Of a stretch of 64,000 nucleotides of DNA, positions 30,772-38,968 are shown piece after piece. Positions within the stretch are counted from its first letter, which is position 1. Each line of letters begins with the position of its first letter. The notes under the pieces were generated by a model. It worked only from the letters and a program-made list of their open reading frames with translations. It did not search any database and was not told the DNA's origin. The DNA comes from Pseudotevenvirus miller (lineage: Duplodnaviria > Heunggongvirae > Uroviricota > Caudoviricetes > Straboviridae): the IMG/VR virus record IMGVR_UViG_2706796139_000001, positions 114,895-178,894 of that record, one strand, 5' to 3'. A program made the translations under genes and the position numbers.

Positions 30772-31605
30772 TCAACCCCATGTATCAGTTTTAGGTGCGT
30801 ATGCTGCAACTTTCGCCACTAATTCTTTATCAAGCTGATCAATGGATTTTTGCGGTTTACCTTTTGCCTTAACTTTGATGTAGTTAGACTTGACAACAAA
30901 CATACCGCCTTTCTCGGATTTTTTGATTTCGCTGTCGATACCAACTTTGTTAAAGCTGATCCAGATATCACCATCCATATACTGTTTCAGTGAATCGCCC
31001 ATGTTCAGGATCTTCGCCATAGTAAGCGCTGCTCCTTCGTGGGTATCCATGAGGATTTCTTTAGGAACGACACGGTCACGTTTCAGGTTCTGCTGCATAG
31101 CAATATGAACATCGTTCATTACCCAAACAATATGAATGTTTTCTTTCTGGTATCCCAGCGCTTCAACATCACGGGCAATGCTTGCCAGCTTGCTCATGCT
31201 TTTTAGGGTAACGTCGAAAATCAGGTTTGGTTTACGGTCTTCCGGTGCTGCTGCGATACCAGCATAAACACGCGCCTGGTTTTTGTTTGATACGTTGAAT
31301 ACGTCTGCGATCACATGGTGAAGCGTTGCAACGTTATCAGGATTTTTCAGGTTCATCGTTTTAACGTCATGACCTGTTTTTGCTTTAATTTCTGCTGCTA
31401 ATTTGGTGCTACCCATTACCAGCTTTTTCAGTGCGTCAACGTCCAGTGTGATCCCTTCGATACCTAACAGCTTTTCGAGGGTGAAGCCTTTACCGGAACC
31501 CGCACCGCCAGCCAGGATCACGACCTGACCGAATTTTGGATAAGCCTTACCGCCAAACGTAATCAACGCTTCGTCGAGGCTCACAAAGTCTTTGAATGAT
31601 TTCAT
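30772..31605 (-). CDS. Zeta-toxin-like P-loop kinase with capsid-targeting-like N-terminus
   Basis: Walker A LAGGAGSGKG, DVDALK, LIFDVT, GY..HIVWV, KRDRVVP...H; N-terminus MKSFKDFVSLDEA. Confidence 0.72.
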   Translation of the reverse strand: MKSFKDFVSLDEALITFGGKAYPKFGQVVILAGGAGSGKGFTLEKLLGIEGITLDVDALKKLVMGSTKLAAEIKAKTGHDVKTMNLKNPDNVATLHHVIADVFNVSNKNQARVYAGIAAAPEDRKPNLIFDVTLKSMSKLASIARDVEALGYQKENIHIVWVMNDVHIAMQQNLKRDRVVPKEILMDTHEGAALTMAKILNMGDSLKQYMDGDIWISFNKVGIDSEIKKSEKGGMFVVKSNYIKVKAKGKPQKSIDQLDKELVAKVAAYAPKTDTWG

Positions 31606-31632
31606 CTTAGAACTCCAAGGTTTATTTTAATA

Positions 31633-31640
31633 TATTTATT
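31633..31640 (-). promoter_or_regulatory. Late-type promoter for the kinase gene
   Basis: AATAAATA on minus strand about 28 nt upstream of ATG. Confidence 0.55.
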
Positions 31641-31668
31641 GACATCATTTTGCTGATGGGTTTATAGT
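31639..31668 (+). promoter_or_regulatory. Sigma70-type early promoter
   Basis: TTGACA - 18 nt - TATAGT. Confidence 0.7.
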
Positions 31669-31718
31669 GAAGTTGTTCGACGGGTAGGCCGGAAGAACTT
31701 TAACCATAAGGTAACATC

Positions 31719-32615
31719 ATGAAACTTGAACTTAACCGCTTCATTAAAGATGCCGCTGCTGGCGACCAATCAAAATACACATCGCGCCGCAATCACACAC
31801 TAGTCAATGATTTTTATACCCTGCTTGGATTCAAACGCTGGCATACTCCGGTTATGCGTCCCGACTGCGATCCTAAGTGGGATTATTTTCGCTGGAGTAT
31901 TAGAAAACATGCCGTTGTGAAAAAGATCCGTGTGATGTCTTTCCGTTTTCTGTACCCTAACTGCATTATTGAAATCGCAAAAGAAAGAGATATCACCCTT
32001 CCTAACGGATGGAAACTGGCGGATCTGATGGAAACGTTGATCCAGATGCGTAGAGAATACAAAGCTGGGTACATCCGTTCTTTTGAAAAGATGGGTGATT
32101 ATTCCAATAGCGAAAATTACAAAGAATGGCAGTTGATCGCAAAGTACCTGTTAAACTGTGTATGGCATATTATTTGTAATAAAGGTTCCGCGATCAACCT
32201 GGGAGGTCATGAAATCATCGCTCGTGCTCGTGAAAAAGTTTGTGTAGCGGTAAACGAGATCATTTCTTCCGGTGGCATTGTGTTACATGTAAACGTTGAC
32301 GAAATTGTGTATTACGGCGAACAGGTGGAATTTGATAACGTTCACCATGAAAAACACTGGTATGGTATTTTTACTGGTTCCGGTGGCGCTGCTTGGGGTG
32401 ATAACATGGTAATAAGTGGACACATCCCAACGATTAAATTTGACCTTGATGAATGGGAACCGTTTATAGGTGATCGCCGTTCTGCTGGGGAACAACGCGC
32501 ATTGGCTGAACGTATGATTGCAACGCGAATTAAACAATTCACACGCGAAATCATGGATTACATGAACCGTACAAAAGAAGATGTGTTGAAAGAAGTTGAC
32601 TTGTCCGGTGAATAA
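31719..32615 (+). CDS. Truncated, catalytically degenerate family-B DNA polymerase-like protein
   Basis: Motif A-like VMSFRFLYPNCII; fingers LIQMRREYK; motif B-like QLIAKYLLN; motif C-like GGIVLHVNVDEI, in correct order and spacing. Confidence 0.7.
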   Translation: MKLELNRFIKDAAAGDQSKYTSRRNHTLVNDFYTLLGFKRWHTPVMRPDCDPKWDYFRWSIRKHAVVKKIRVMSFRFLYPNCIIEIAKERDITLPNGWKLADLMETLIQMRREYKAGYIRSFEKMGDYSNSENYKEWQLIAKYLLNCVWHIICNKGSAINLGGHEIIARAREKVCVAVNEIISSGGIVLHVNVDEIVYYGEQVEFDNVHHEKHWYGIFTGSGGAAWGDNMVISGHIPTIKFDLDEWEPFIGDRRSAGEQRALAERMIATRIKQFTREIMDYMNRTKEDVLKEVDLSGE

Positions 32616-32651
32616 CTGTAAGCTGTAAAGACTGAAAACAAGGAGATAACA

Positions 32652-32969
32652 ATGAAAACGATTCACTGCCGCGAAGAACACGTTGTTTATTACCACGGAT
32701 CTTGTACTGCTGCTGGGATTGAAAGCATGTTGTTGCCTCCTTGTGCTTCGGATACTCTGTCTGAAAAAGGCAGAAAGAAAAATCTGGATCGTGTTTTCTT
32801 CACTGCTGACATCGGACTTGCTCGGATCTACGCTGGAAGGGCTGCACGTTCTATAGGTGGTGATCCGGTGCTGTATCGGGTTGTGTGTCCGGTTGACGCA
32901 GTGTGCATGAACGACGACAAAGGCGCGAGTGTTTATCATGCTGCATGGGCTTTTTGTGAGGAAGTATGA
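32652..32969 (+). CDS. Minimal ADP-ribosyltransferase-fold protein (Arr/Tpt1-C-like)
   Basis: YYHGS, VFFT.D...A..YA, G.PVLYRV. Confidence 0.6.
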   Translation: MKTIHCREEHVVYYHGSCTAAGIESMLLPPCASDTLSEKGRKKNLDRVFFTADIGLARIYAGRAARSIGGDPVLYRVVCPVDAVCMNDDKGASVYHAAWAFCEEV

Positions 32970-33133
32970 ATGACCGTGTTTTAGCAGTTCTCGTTTTCCT
33001 TCTGGGTTATCGAGTTGAGGTAATGGGTGGTGTCATGGCTATGAAAAACGATCTGACCGCAATTTGGGTTGTTGCTTTAGGTGTGATGTTCACGTTTCTT
33101 TCTTTCGCGATTGTTAACGAGGCAAACGAATGA
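32966..33133 (+). CDS. Small predicted membrane protein (55 aa, not in track)
   Basis: ATGA overlaps at both ends; two hydrophobic segments (VLAVLVFLLG; IWVVALGVMFTFLSFAIV). Confidence 0.65.
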   Translation: MNDRVLAVLVFLLGYRVEVMGGVMAMKNDLTAIWVVALGVMFTFLSFAIVNEANE

Positions 33134-33456
33134 AACTATTTCATGTAGTGTATGGCGGTATCAGAAATATCGATGTACCATTGCTTGCATCAGGAACAAT
33201 TGATACACTTGAAGGTAAGATCGGGAAACGTTTTAAAACTACTGTATCTGAAATCAAAACGGTGTTTGTTGACCATCCGTCAGATATGGAAAATTTAATC
33301 AATACTCTGGATGATTTACTGATTCCATTTGCGGAAGAGTTTCATTATCAATCAGGACTGTATTTGATTGTGACATTTGTTCTAAAAAATGTTGACAACA
33401 GAAATCCAGAAGTGTTAGATTTTATTAGCAAAATTGATTCAATTAAAGGAAAGTGA
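33130..33456 (+). CDS. Hypothetical protein
   Basis: 108 aa ORF coupled to neighbours; AT-rich. Confidence 0.65.
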   Translation: MKLFHVVYGGIRNIDVPLLASGTIDTLEGKIGKRFKTTVSEIKTVFVDHPSDMENLINTLDDLLIPFAEEFHYQSGLYLIVTFVLKNVDNRNPEVLDFISKIDSIKGK

Positions 33457-33797
33457 TTATGAAAATCGTTCAGCGTAATATCAGCGAAGTTAGCCAGGAA
33501 GAAAAAGTTCAGATTCATTTCAAATTTAATGATCTGAAACGTGGTTATGCAGAAATTGCCCGTGTTCATAAGCTGGATAACAGCGACATTTATATGATTG
33601 TCCAGGAAATTGAACGAATCCGCGCTTTCCGTGCCGAAAACCCGAAAGTAAAACGTGTCCTTCGTCGCGTATATGTAAACAAGCATCGTAAGGCTGCGAA
33701 ACCAGTTAAAACCAAACGCGAACCGCGTCCAGATAACAAACGCAAAGCAATCAACGGCGCTATGGCGCTGGCGTTTCAGGAAGCAGGTTTAGTGTAA
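33453..33797 (+). CDS. Hypothetical basic protein
   Basis: Operon-coupled ORF; basic C-terminal half. Confidence 0.7.
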   Translation: MIMKIVQRNISEVSQEEKVQIHFKFNDLKRGYAEIARVHKLDNSDIYMIVQEIERIRAFRAENPKVKRVLRRVYVNKHRKAAKPVKTKREPRPDNKRKAINGAMALAFQEAGLV

Positions 33798-33806
33798 GAG
33801 GTTAAC

Positions 33807-34337
33807 ATGAGTCGTAGACAAAATATGGAACGTTGGTCTGGTGTTGTAACCAGTAGTATTAAACCCGTTGCCACTGTAGTGAAAGAAGTTGTTGAAGAAA
33901 CTCCGGTTAAAACTCAAACGATTGTTTCTTTGAGTGATGAAGAGTTAGAGCACCGTCGCCGTGCGAATCAAATTGAATTCGATCTGCGTATTGCTCGTTC
34001 ATACAACAGCAAAAATGATGATGCTCGTAGCCGAAATTTACAATTCGCTCTTACGCTGAGTGATTGGACTTCGTTAATGAGTCAACCGACCTGTTTGTAT
34101 TCTGGGAAGGTGTTTAGTTCTCGTGGGGATAGTCCGAATTCCCGAACGATGGAACGAATTAACCCGATGTTGGGTTATACCCCAGAAAACACGATCGCAG
34201 TGACAAAAGCCGCTAACAGTGAAAAATCATCACTTGATGCGTTCATGAAGGGTTCCGTAATCCTTCCAGAAGTAAAACTTAAACTGTTACGCAAAGCCGC
34301 GTACCAAATTGAAAAACAATTGAAAATCAAAGGTTAA
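33807..34337 (+). CDS. srd: Srd-like protein (degenerate HNH-like fold)
   Basis: CLYSGKVF...TMERINPMLGYTPENTIAV parallels T4 Srd CAYSGEPF...LERF...GY..GNVIAV. Confidence 0.7.
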   Translation: MSRRQNMERWSGVVTSSIKPVATVVKEVVEETPVKTQTIVSLSDEELEHRRRANQIEFDLRIARSYNSKNDDARSRNLQFALTLSDWTSLMSQPTCLYSGKVFSSRGDSPNSRTMERINPMLGYTPENTIAVTKAANSEKSSLDAFMKGSVILPEVKLKLLRKAAYQIEKQLKIKG

Positions 34338-34341
34338 TATT

Positions 34342-35385
34342 ATGTTTGTGAAATATTCTTCTCTTACGAACCATTACGAAGGTAAGTTCATCAATGGCGT
34401 GATCATGAATGGCCTTACTGGTGGCGTGTGGTGTGCTCGTGAAAAGATCCACGGTGCGAATTTTAGTCTGATGACTTCTGACGGTAAAAACGTTATTCCG
34501 GCAAAGCGTAGCGGTGAAATCCTCCCTACTGAACAGTTTTACGGTTGCGAACCTGTCGTTGCTCGTTATGCTCCGGCGATCCGTAGGCTGTGGGGAATGA
34601 TTCACGGTGCAAGACAATCAAGCGGTATAGATGAACCACTGGAAATTCAGGTATATGGTGAATTTGCGGGGCGTGGTGTTCAGAAAGATGTTGATTACGG
34701 AGAAAAAGATTTCTATGTGTTTGACATTCTTATGAATGGTAAATTCATTGCTGACCATAGTGTTGCTACGCTTGCGGCTGCTGTTAGCTTGAAAATGGCT
34801 CCACTTCTGGCATACGGTACGTTTGACGAGATCCGCGCACTGCCTATCACCTTTGATTCGGTGGTTAACCTGGCTAACAGTCGCGCTATCCCTGCACAGA
34901 ATAACGGCGTTGAGCCTGAGTTTAAAAACTTCATGACTCTGAAAGATGGTGAAGGTGAGAACATCGCAGAAGGTTTCGTGATGAAGCCCGTCGAACCTGC
35001 TTTCATGCCAAACGGTGAACGCGTTGCGATCAAATGCAAAACAACAAAGTTCACAGAGAAGAAGAACAAGCAAGCGAACCGCTTCAATGCTCCGGTTGAA
35101 CTGTCTGAAAACGATAAAGTTAAACTGGATGTGTTTACCTGTTACCTGAACGAAAACCGTGTGAAAAGCGTCCTGTCCAAAATTGACAGCGCGAATCTCA
35201 CCGCAAAAGATTTCGGGCGTGTGATGGGGCTAACGGTACAAGATGCGCTGGAAGAAATCGAACGCAACTATGGCCCGTTTATTGAACAGTTCGAAAATCC
35301 TACGCTGGCGAAGAAAACTTTCACCAACGAAGCATCAAGCATTGTACGCGCAAACTGGGGCGCGATCCTGAACAATGAATTTTAA
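34342..35385 (+). CDS. rnlB: RNA ligase 2
   Basis: REKIHGANFS, YGEFAG, FYVFDI, EGFVMKP, IKCK. Confidence 0.95.
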   Translation: MFVKYSSLTNHYEGKFINGVIMNGLTGGVWCAREKIHGANFSLMTSDGKNVIPAKRSGEILPTEQFYGCEPVVARYAPAIRRLWGMIHGARQSSGIDEPLEIQVYGEFAGRGVQKDVDYGEKDFYVFDILMNGKFIADHSVATLAAAVSLKMAPLLAYGTFDEIRALPITFDSVVNLANSRAIPAQNNGVEPEFKNFMTLKDGEGENIAEGFVMKPVEPAFMPNGERVAIKCKTTKFTEKKNKQANRFNAPVELSENDKVKLDVFTCYLNENRVKSVLSKIDSANLTAKDFGRVMGLTVQDALEEIERNYGPFIEQFENPTLAKKTFTNEASSIVRANWGAILNNEF

Positions 35386-35959
35386 AACTGTTCTCGAAAA
35401 TGCTAAAACGGCTACCCTGATCGGTAGCCGTGAACCCCCCGAACGTATAGCAAACATCGCTATTAAGATTGGACGTGCATTAAGCGATCGAGATATCGTA
35501 GCGTATTCTGGTGGTGCTCCTGGTATGGATAGTCATTTCTTGTTTGACTATGCACCAGAAAAACGACGCATAATTCTTCCTGAGAACGGTTTTAACGGTC
35601 TTTATTCAAATGGTATGGATATCATCGACTATAACGAATTGGATACGTACAAAGCCGCTGACGAAGCGAGAAAGGTAGCTGGACACTTCGACAACCAAAC
35701 GGAATGGGTTCAAAGGCGTTATGCGAGAAATGCAGTTCAAATACTACGCGAAACTTTAGACAACCCAACTGACTTTGTGTTATTCTGGGCTGTTGAAAAA
35801 GAGTTTTGTGTGAAAGGCGGTACAGCTATTGCATCACGTCTTGCCCGATTATATGGAGTTCCCAGTTTTAATCTGTGGAAAGAAAACGTGCTGAACGATG
35901 TTTGTGATACTTTGGGGATTAACATCAAACCTCCAACTTTGGATTTTCTCTGGTGCTAA
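35375..35959 (+). CDS. SLOG/DprA-like Rossmann-fold protein
   Basis: IGSR, SGGAPGMD, YARN.VQIL, GGTA.A.RLA...GVP.FNL. Confidence 0.75.
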   Translation: MNFKTVLENAKTATLIGSREPPERIANIAIKIGRALSDRDIVAYSGGAPGMDSHFLFDYAPEKRRIILPENGFNGLYSNGMDIIDYNELDTYKAADEARKVAGHFDNQTEWVQRRYARNAVQILRETLDNPTDFVLFWAVEKEFCVKGGTAIASRLARLYGVPSFNLWKENVLNDVCDTLGINIKPPTLDFLWC

Positions 35960-36025
35960 CTCCTGAACAATCACGTAATTACGAACGCCTCGCAGTTGAA
36001 GAGGCATTAAAAAAGGCGAAACATA

Positions 36026-36454
36026 ATGGTAGAAATCAACGGGATCGGGGTAGTCGGTGTGACCCCCGCAAAATGCAGTCAAAAGGATGATCCTCGCTGT
36101 GGGCGTAGTCCAACACTGGCAGAACGTGCGCGTAAGCTGGTAGATGATATGAACGCGAAAATGGTTGAAGAGTCGCGTAACGACATCACCGCATACGTTC
36201 TAAAATACGCAACAAAACAATCGTATATTTTTGATATGAAACGTTTTGTTGGCTCCAATATGGGGCAAGAATGTACACAGAAAGCATTCGATGATCTGGG
36301 TGAATGGTTGAAATCCGAAGGGTTTACGTTTGATACGCAAACAAACCGTATTAACTCACTGCTTGCCTATCCGACTCGATACCCTTCACGTCGCATCCAG
36401 GGAAATAACGAACGCGAAGTGTACAGCGAATTCACGTATTACATCACCTGGTAA
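36026..36454 (+). CDS. Hypothetical protein
   Basis: 142 aa ORF with RBS, co-oriented. Confidence 0.65.
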   Translation: MVEINGIGVVGVTPAKCSQKDDPRCGRSPTLAERARKLVDDMNAKMVEESRNDITAYVLKYATKQSYIFDMKRFVGSNMGQECTQKAFDDLGEWLKSEGFTFDTQTNRINSLLAYPTRYPSRRIQGNNEREVYSEFTYYITW

Positions 36455-36471
36455 AAAGTCGAAAATAATTG

Positions 36472-36499
36472 TTGACGGGAGTTCTCACTGTGTTAATAT
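36472..36499 (+). promoter_or_regulatory. Sigma70-type early promoter
   Basis: TTGACG - 16 nt - TAATAT with TG extension. Confidence 0.6.
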
Positions 36500-36540
36500 G
36501 TCTCCCGTAGACAAGACAACTAACCCAGAAGGAAAACATC

Positions 36541-36810
36541 ATGGAAATCAAATTAATCCCTACTTGCGCTGGTTACTGCCTGGCACTGAATGGTGTTGCA
36601 AATAACGGTAAAGGCTTACGGGCTAACGTTGAAGCAATGCTGAATGAACTGGCATTGCGGAGTGAACCAGGGATGCAGTACGAGTATGATGACGTTGCAA
36701 CCAGCGTTAAAATCTCTAATCTGGTTTTGGATGGTGTTGACTGTGCGGGTTGGTGGGATTGTTACATCGACTACAACGACAACCGGGTTTTCTTATTGAC
36801 CAGCAATTAA
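36541..36810 (+). CDS. Hypothetical early protein
   Basis: RBS AAGGA; first gene after promoter. Confidence 0.7.
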   Translation: MEIKLIPTCAGYCLALNGVANNGKGLRANVEAMLNELALRSEPGMQYEYDDVATSVKISNLVLDGVDCAGWWDCYIDYNDNRVFLLTSN

Positions 36811-36818
36811 GGAATATC

Positions 36819-37223
36819 ATGAAAGATTATATTTCCGAAGCGGAAGCTCTCGAAGATAGCGGATTTCAAGTCACCGTTGAAGACGATGACGGTTACGATG
36901 GTGGTGTTATGTGGGGGCTTAAACGTCCTCAACGCAAAACCCCCGTTCAGTATTCCGATGGTTCAGTAAGATACGAAACGGTTGTTAAAGAAGTAAACGG
37001 GCGCGTCATTACGTCCGAGCGACAAAAGGACATCAAACAGTTGTATGATGTTGCGAAAGCCGCTAAAGTAGGAACCATGATCACTTGTCCTACGTGCAAA
37101 CAGTTGCACAAGAAGACGACATATCATAAGGTGTTCTGCTCTAATGGCAAAAAATCCAGGAAAGACTGTAAGAGTAAATACTGGAACACGATTCATCCTG
37201 AACGTTTGGATCGTATCTTTTAA
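36819..37223 (+). CDS. Hypothetical protein with Zn-binding motif
   Basis: CPTC...FCS...CK..YWN; start moved to ATG 36819 (RBS AAGGA). Confidence 0.75.
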   Translation: MKDYISEAEALEDSGFQVTVEDDDGYDGGVMWGLKRPQRKTPVQYSDGSVRYETVVKEVNGRVITSERQKDIKQLYDVAKAAKVGTMITCPTCKQLHKKTTYHKVFCSNGKKSRKDCKSKYWNTIHPERLDRIF

Positions 37224-37245
37224 TCAAAACGTGGAGTACGTTTAA

Positions 37246-38679
37246 ATGCAAAAATTTAATGAACTGAATAGCCTGATCACCTCAACTGATTCCTACAAAG
37301 TGTCTCACTGGATGCAGTATCCGAAAGGTACTGATGCAACGATGTTCTATATTGAATCTCGTGGTGGCAAATTCGATGAAGTAGTAACCGCTGGCGTAAA
37401 CTATGTTTCGCGGGTGCTTGCTGAACCGATTACCATGAAACAAGTTGAGTTGGCGCGGGTGCTTTACCGTAAGCACTTCGGGAAAGAAATTTTCAACTAT
37501 GAAGGATGGAAAGAGATTGCTGGTTTGGGTTATACCCCTGTTATTTTCCGTGCAATCCCAGAAGGTACTGTTGTTCCGGTTAAAAATGCCGTCGCGACCG
37601 TTTTCTCTGAAAATCAATTCTCCTGGTTGGCTGGATGGTTAGAAACAATGACGATTCGCGGTATCTGGTATCCGTCATCTGTTGCAACCTTATCTCGTGA
37701 GTGTAAAAAGGTTCTGGCTCAGTACCTTGATATGACTTCTGACCTTACTGGCGAAGCGTATAATGTTACACTGGGTACACGTCTGCATGACTTTGGGGCG
37801 CGGGGCGCGACCTCTGCTGAGTCTGCGGGTATTGGTGGGCTGGCGCATCTTTATAACTTCATCGGGACTGATACCGTTGAAGGAATGATTATGGCGATTA
37901 GTCTGTTTGCGGATCACCAGACTCTGTTTGATGAACTGGAAACGGTGGAAGCTGCTGGTATTTCGATTCCGGCTCGCGAACACTCAACGACTATTTCCTA
38001 CGGTAAAGAGAACGAAGAACAGGCATACAAAAACAGCATTGAAATGTTCGGTGATGGTTTCTACGCTTGCGTATACGATTCATGGGACTATAAAGCCGCT
38101 GTTGACCGCATTGCAGAATATAAAGAGAAAATCCTTGCTGCGGGTGGTACTCTGGTAGTTCGTCCAGATTCAGGGGATATGATCGATAACATCATGTATA
38201 CCCTTCGTAAACTGGGGCAAATTTTCGGATACACCGTAAACAGCAAAGGTTATAAAGTTCTGCATAACTCAGTTCGTATCATCCAGGGTGACGAGATCCA
38301 CGGACCTGAAACAATCAACCGTGTATTAAGCTGGATGGAAGCGAACAAGTGGTCTAGCGAGAATATCGCGTTTGGTATGGGTGGCGGTTTGCTGCAAGAA
38401 GTTACCCGCGATACTCAAAAGTATGCCGAAAAACTGTGCGCTATCCGTGTGAATGGTAAGTGGACAGGGGTTTATAAATGTCCGAAAGGTTCTGAGTGGA
38501 AAAAGAGTAAAAAAGGTTTGCTGATGACCATCACTAACGGTATGGAATTCAAGACCATTGATATTCTGGAAGACTCAATTCCTGACGGTTGGTTCGATGC
38601 GATGGTGACTTATTACGACAATGGTTACTTGAACACCGACGACACTTTAGGGGAAATTCGTGAGCGTAGCCGGATTTAA
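37246..38679 (+). CDS. nadV: Nicotinamide phosphoribosyltransferase (NAMPT/NadV family)
   Basis: TDSYKVSH, LHDFGARG, SIPAREHST, VVRPDSGD, IIQGD, FGMGGGLLQ, K.SKKG. Confidence 0.9.
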   Translation: MQKFNELNSLITSTDSYKVSHWMQYPKGTDATMFYIESRGGKFDEVVTAGVNYVSRVLAEPITMKQVELARVLYRKHFGKEIFNYEGWKEIAGLGYTPVIFRAIPEGTVVPVKNAVATVFSENQFSWLAGWLETMTIRGIWYPSSVATLSRECKKVLAQYLDMTSDLTGEAYNVTLGTRLHDFGARGATSAESAGIGGLAHLYNFIGTDTVEGMIMAISLFADHQTLFDELETVEAAGISIPAREHSTTISYGKENEEQAYKNSIEMFGDGFYACVYDSWDYKAAVDRIAEYKEKILAAGGTLVVRPDSGDMIDNIMYTLRKLGQIFGYTVNSKGYKVLHNSVRIIQGDEIHGPETINRVLSWMEANKWSSENIAFGMGGGLLQEVTRDTQKYAEKLCAIRVNGKWTGVYKCPKGSEWKKSKKGLLMTITNGMEFKTIDILEDSIPDGWFDAMVTYYDNGYLNTDDTLGEIRERSRI

Positions 38680-38968
38680 TATCCGCGCCAACGATAACGG
38701 ATCTGTAATCTTCTATAACAATCAGCCCCTTGTTGCTCGCAAGGGGCTTTTTTGTAAGCTGGTTGGTTACGGGTTCAAGTTGGAGGAAGTGGATAATGCA
38801 ACTCTGAAAGAGATCGTGCGTATAGCCTATCTCCTGAAAGACAAAAAAGATGAACATAAAGCTGTTGCAATGTTGGAGAAATTAGGCGAAACTCATTGCT
38901 TCATTATCAATCGTGGGTATAAGTACGACACGATCGCTTTATTCGAAAAGGGGCTTTGTGAATTATGA
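38660..38968 (+). CDS. Hypothetical protein
   Basis: 102 aa ORF overlapping neighbours. Confidence 0.65.
   Translation: MSVAGFNIRANDNGSVIFYNNQPLVARKGLFCKLVGYGFKLEEVDNATLKEIVRIAYLLKDKKDEHKAVAMLEKLGETHCFIINRGYKYDTIALFEKGLCEL

Noticed and set aside
33807-34337. HNH homing endonuclease
   Set aside because: Catalytic His and second Cys pair are absent; pattern matches T4 Srd instead
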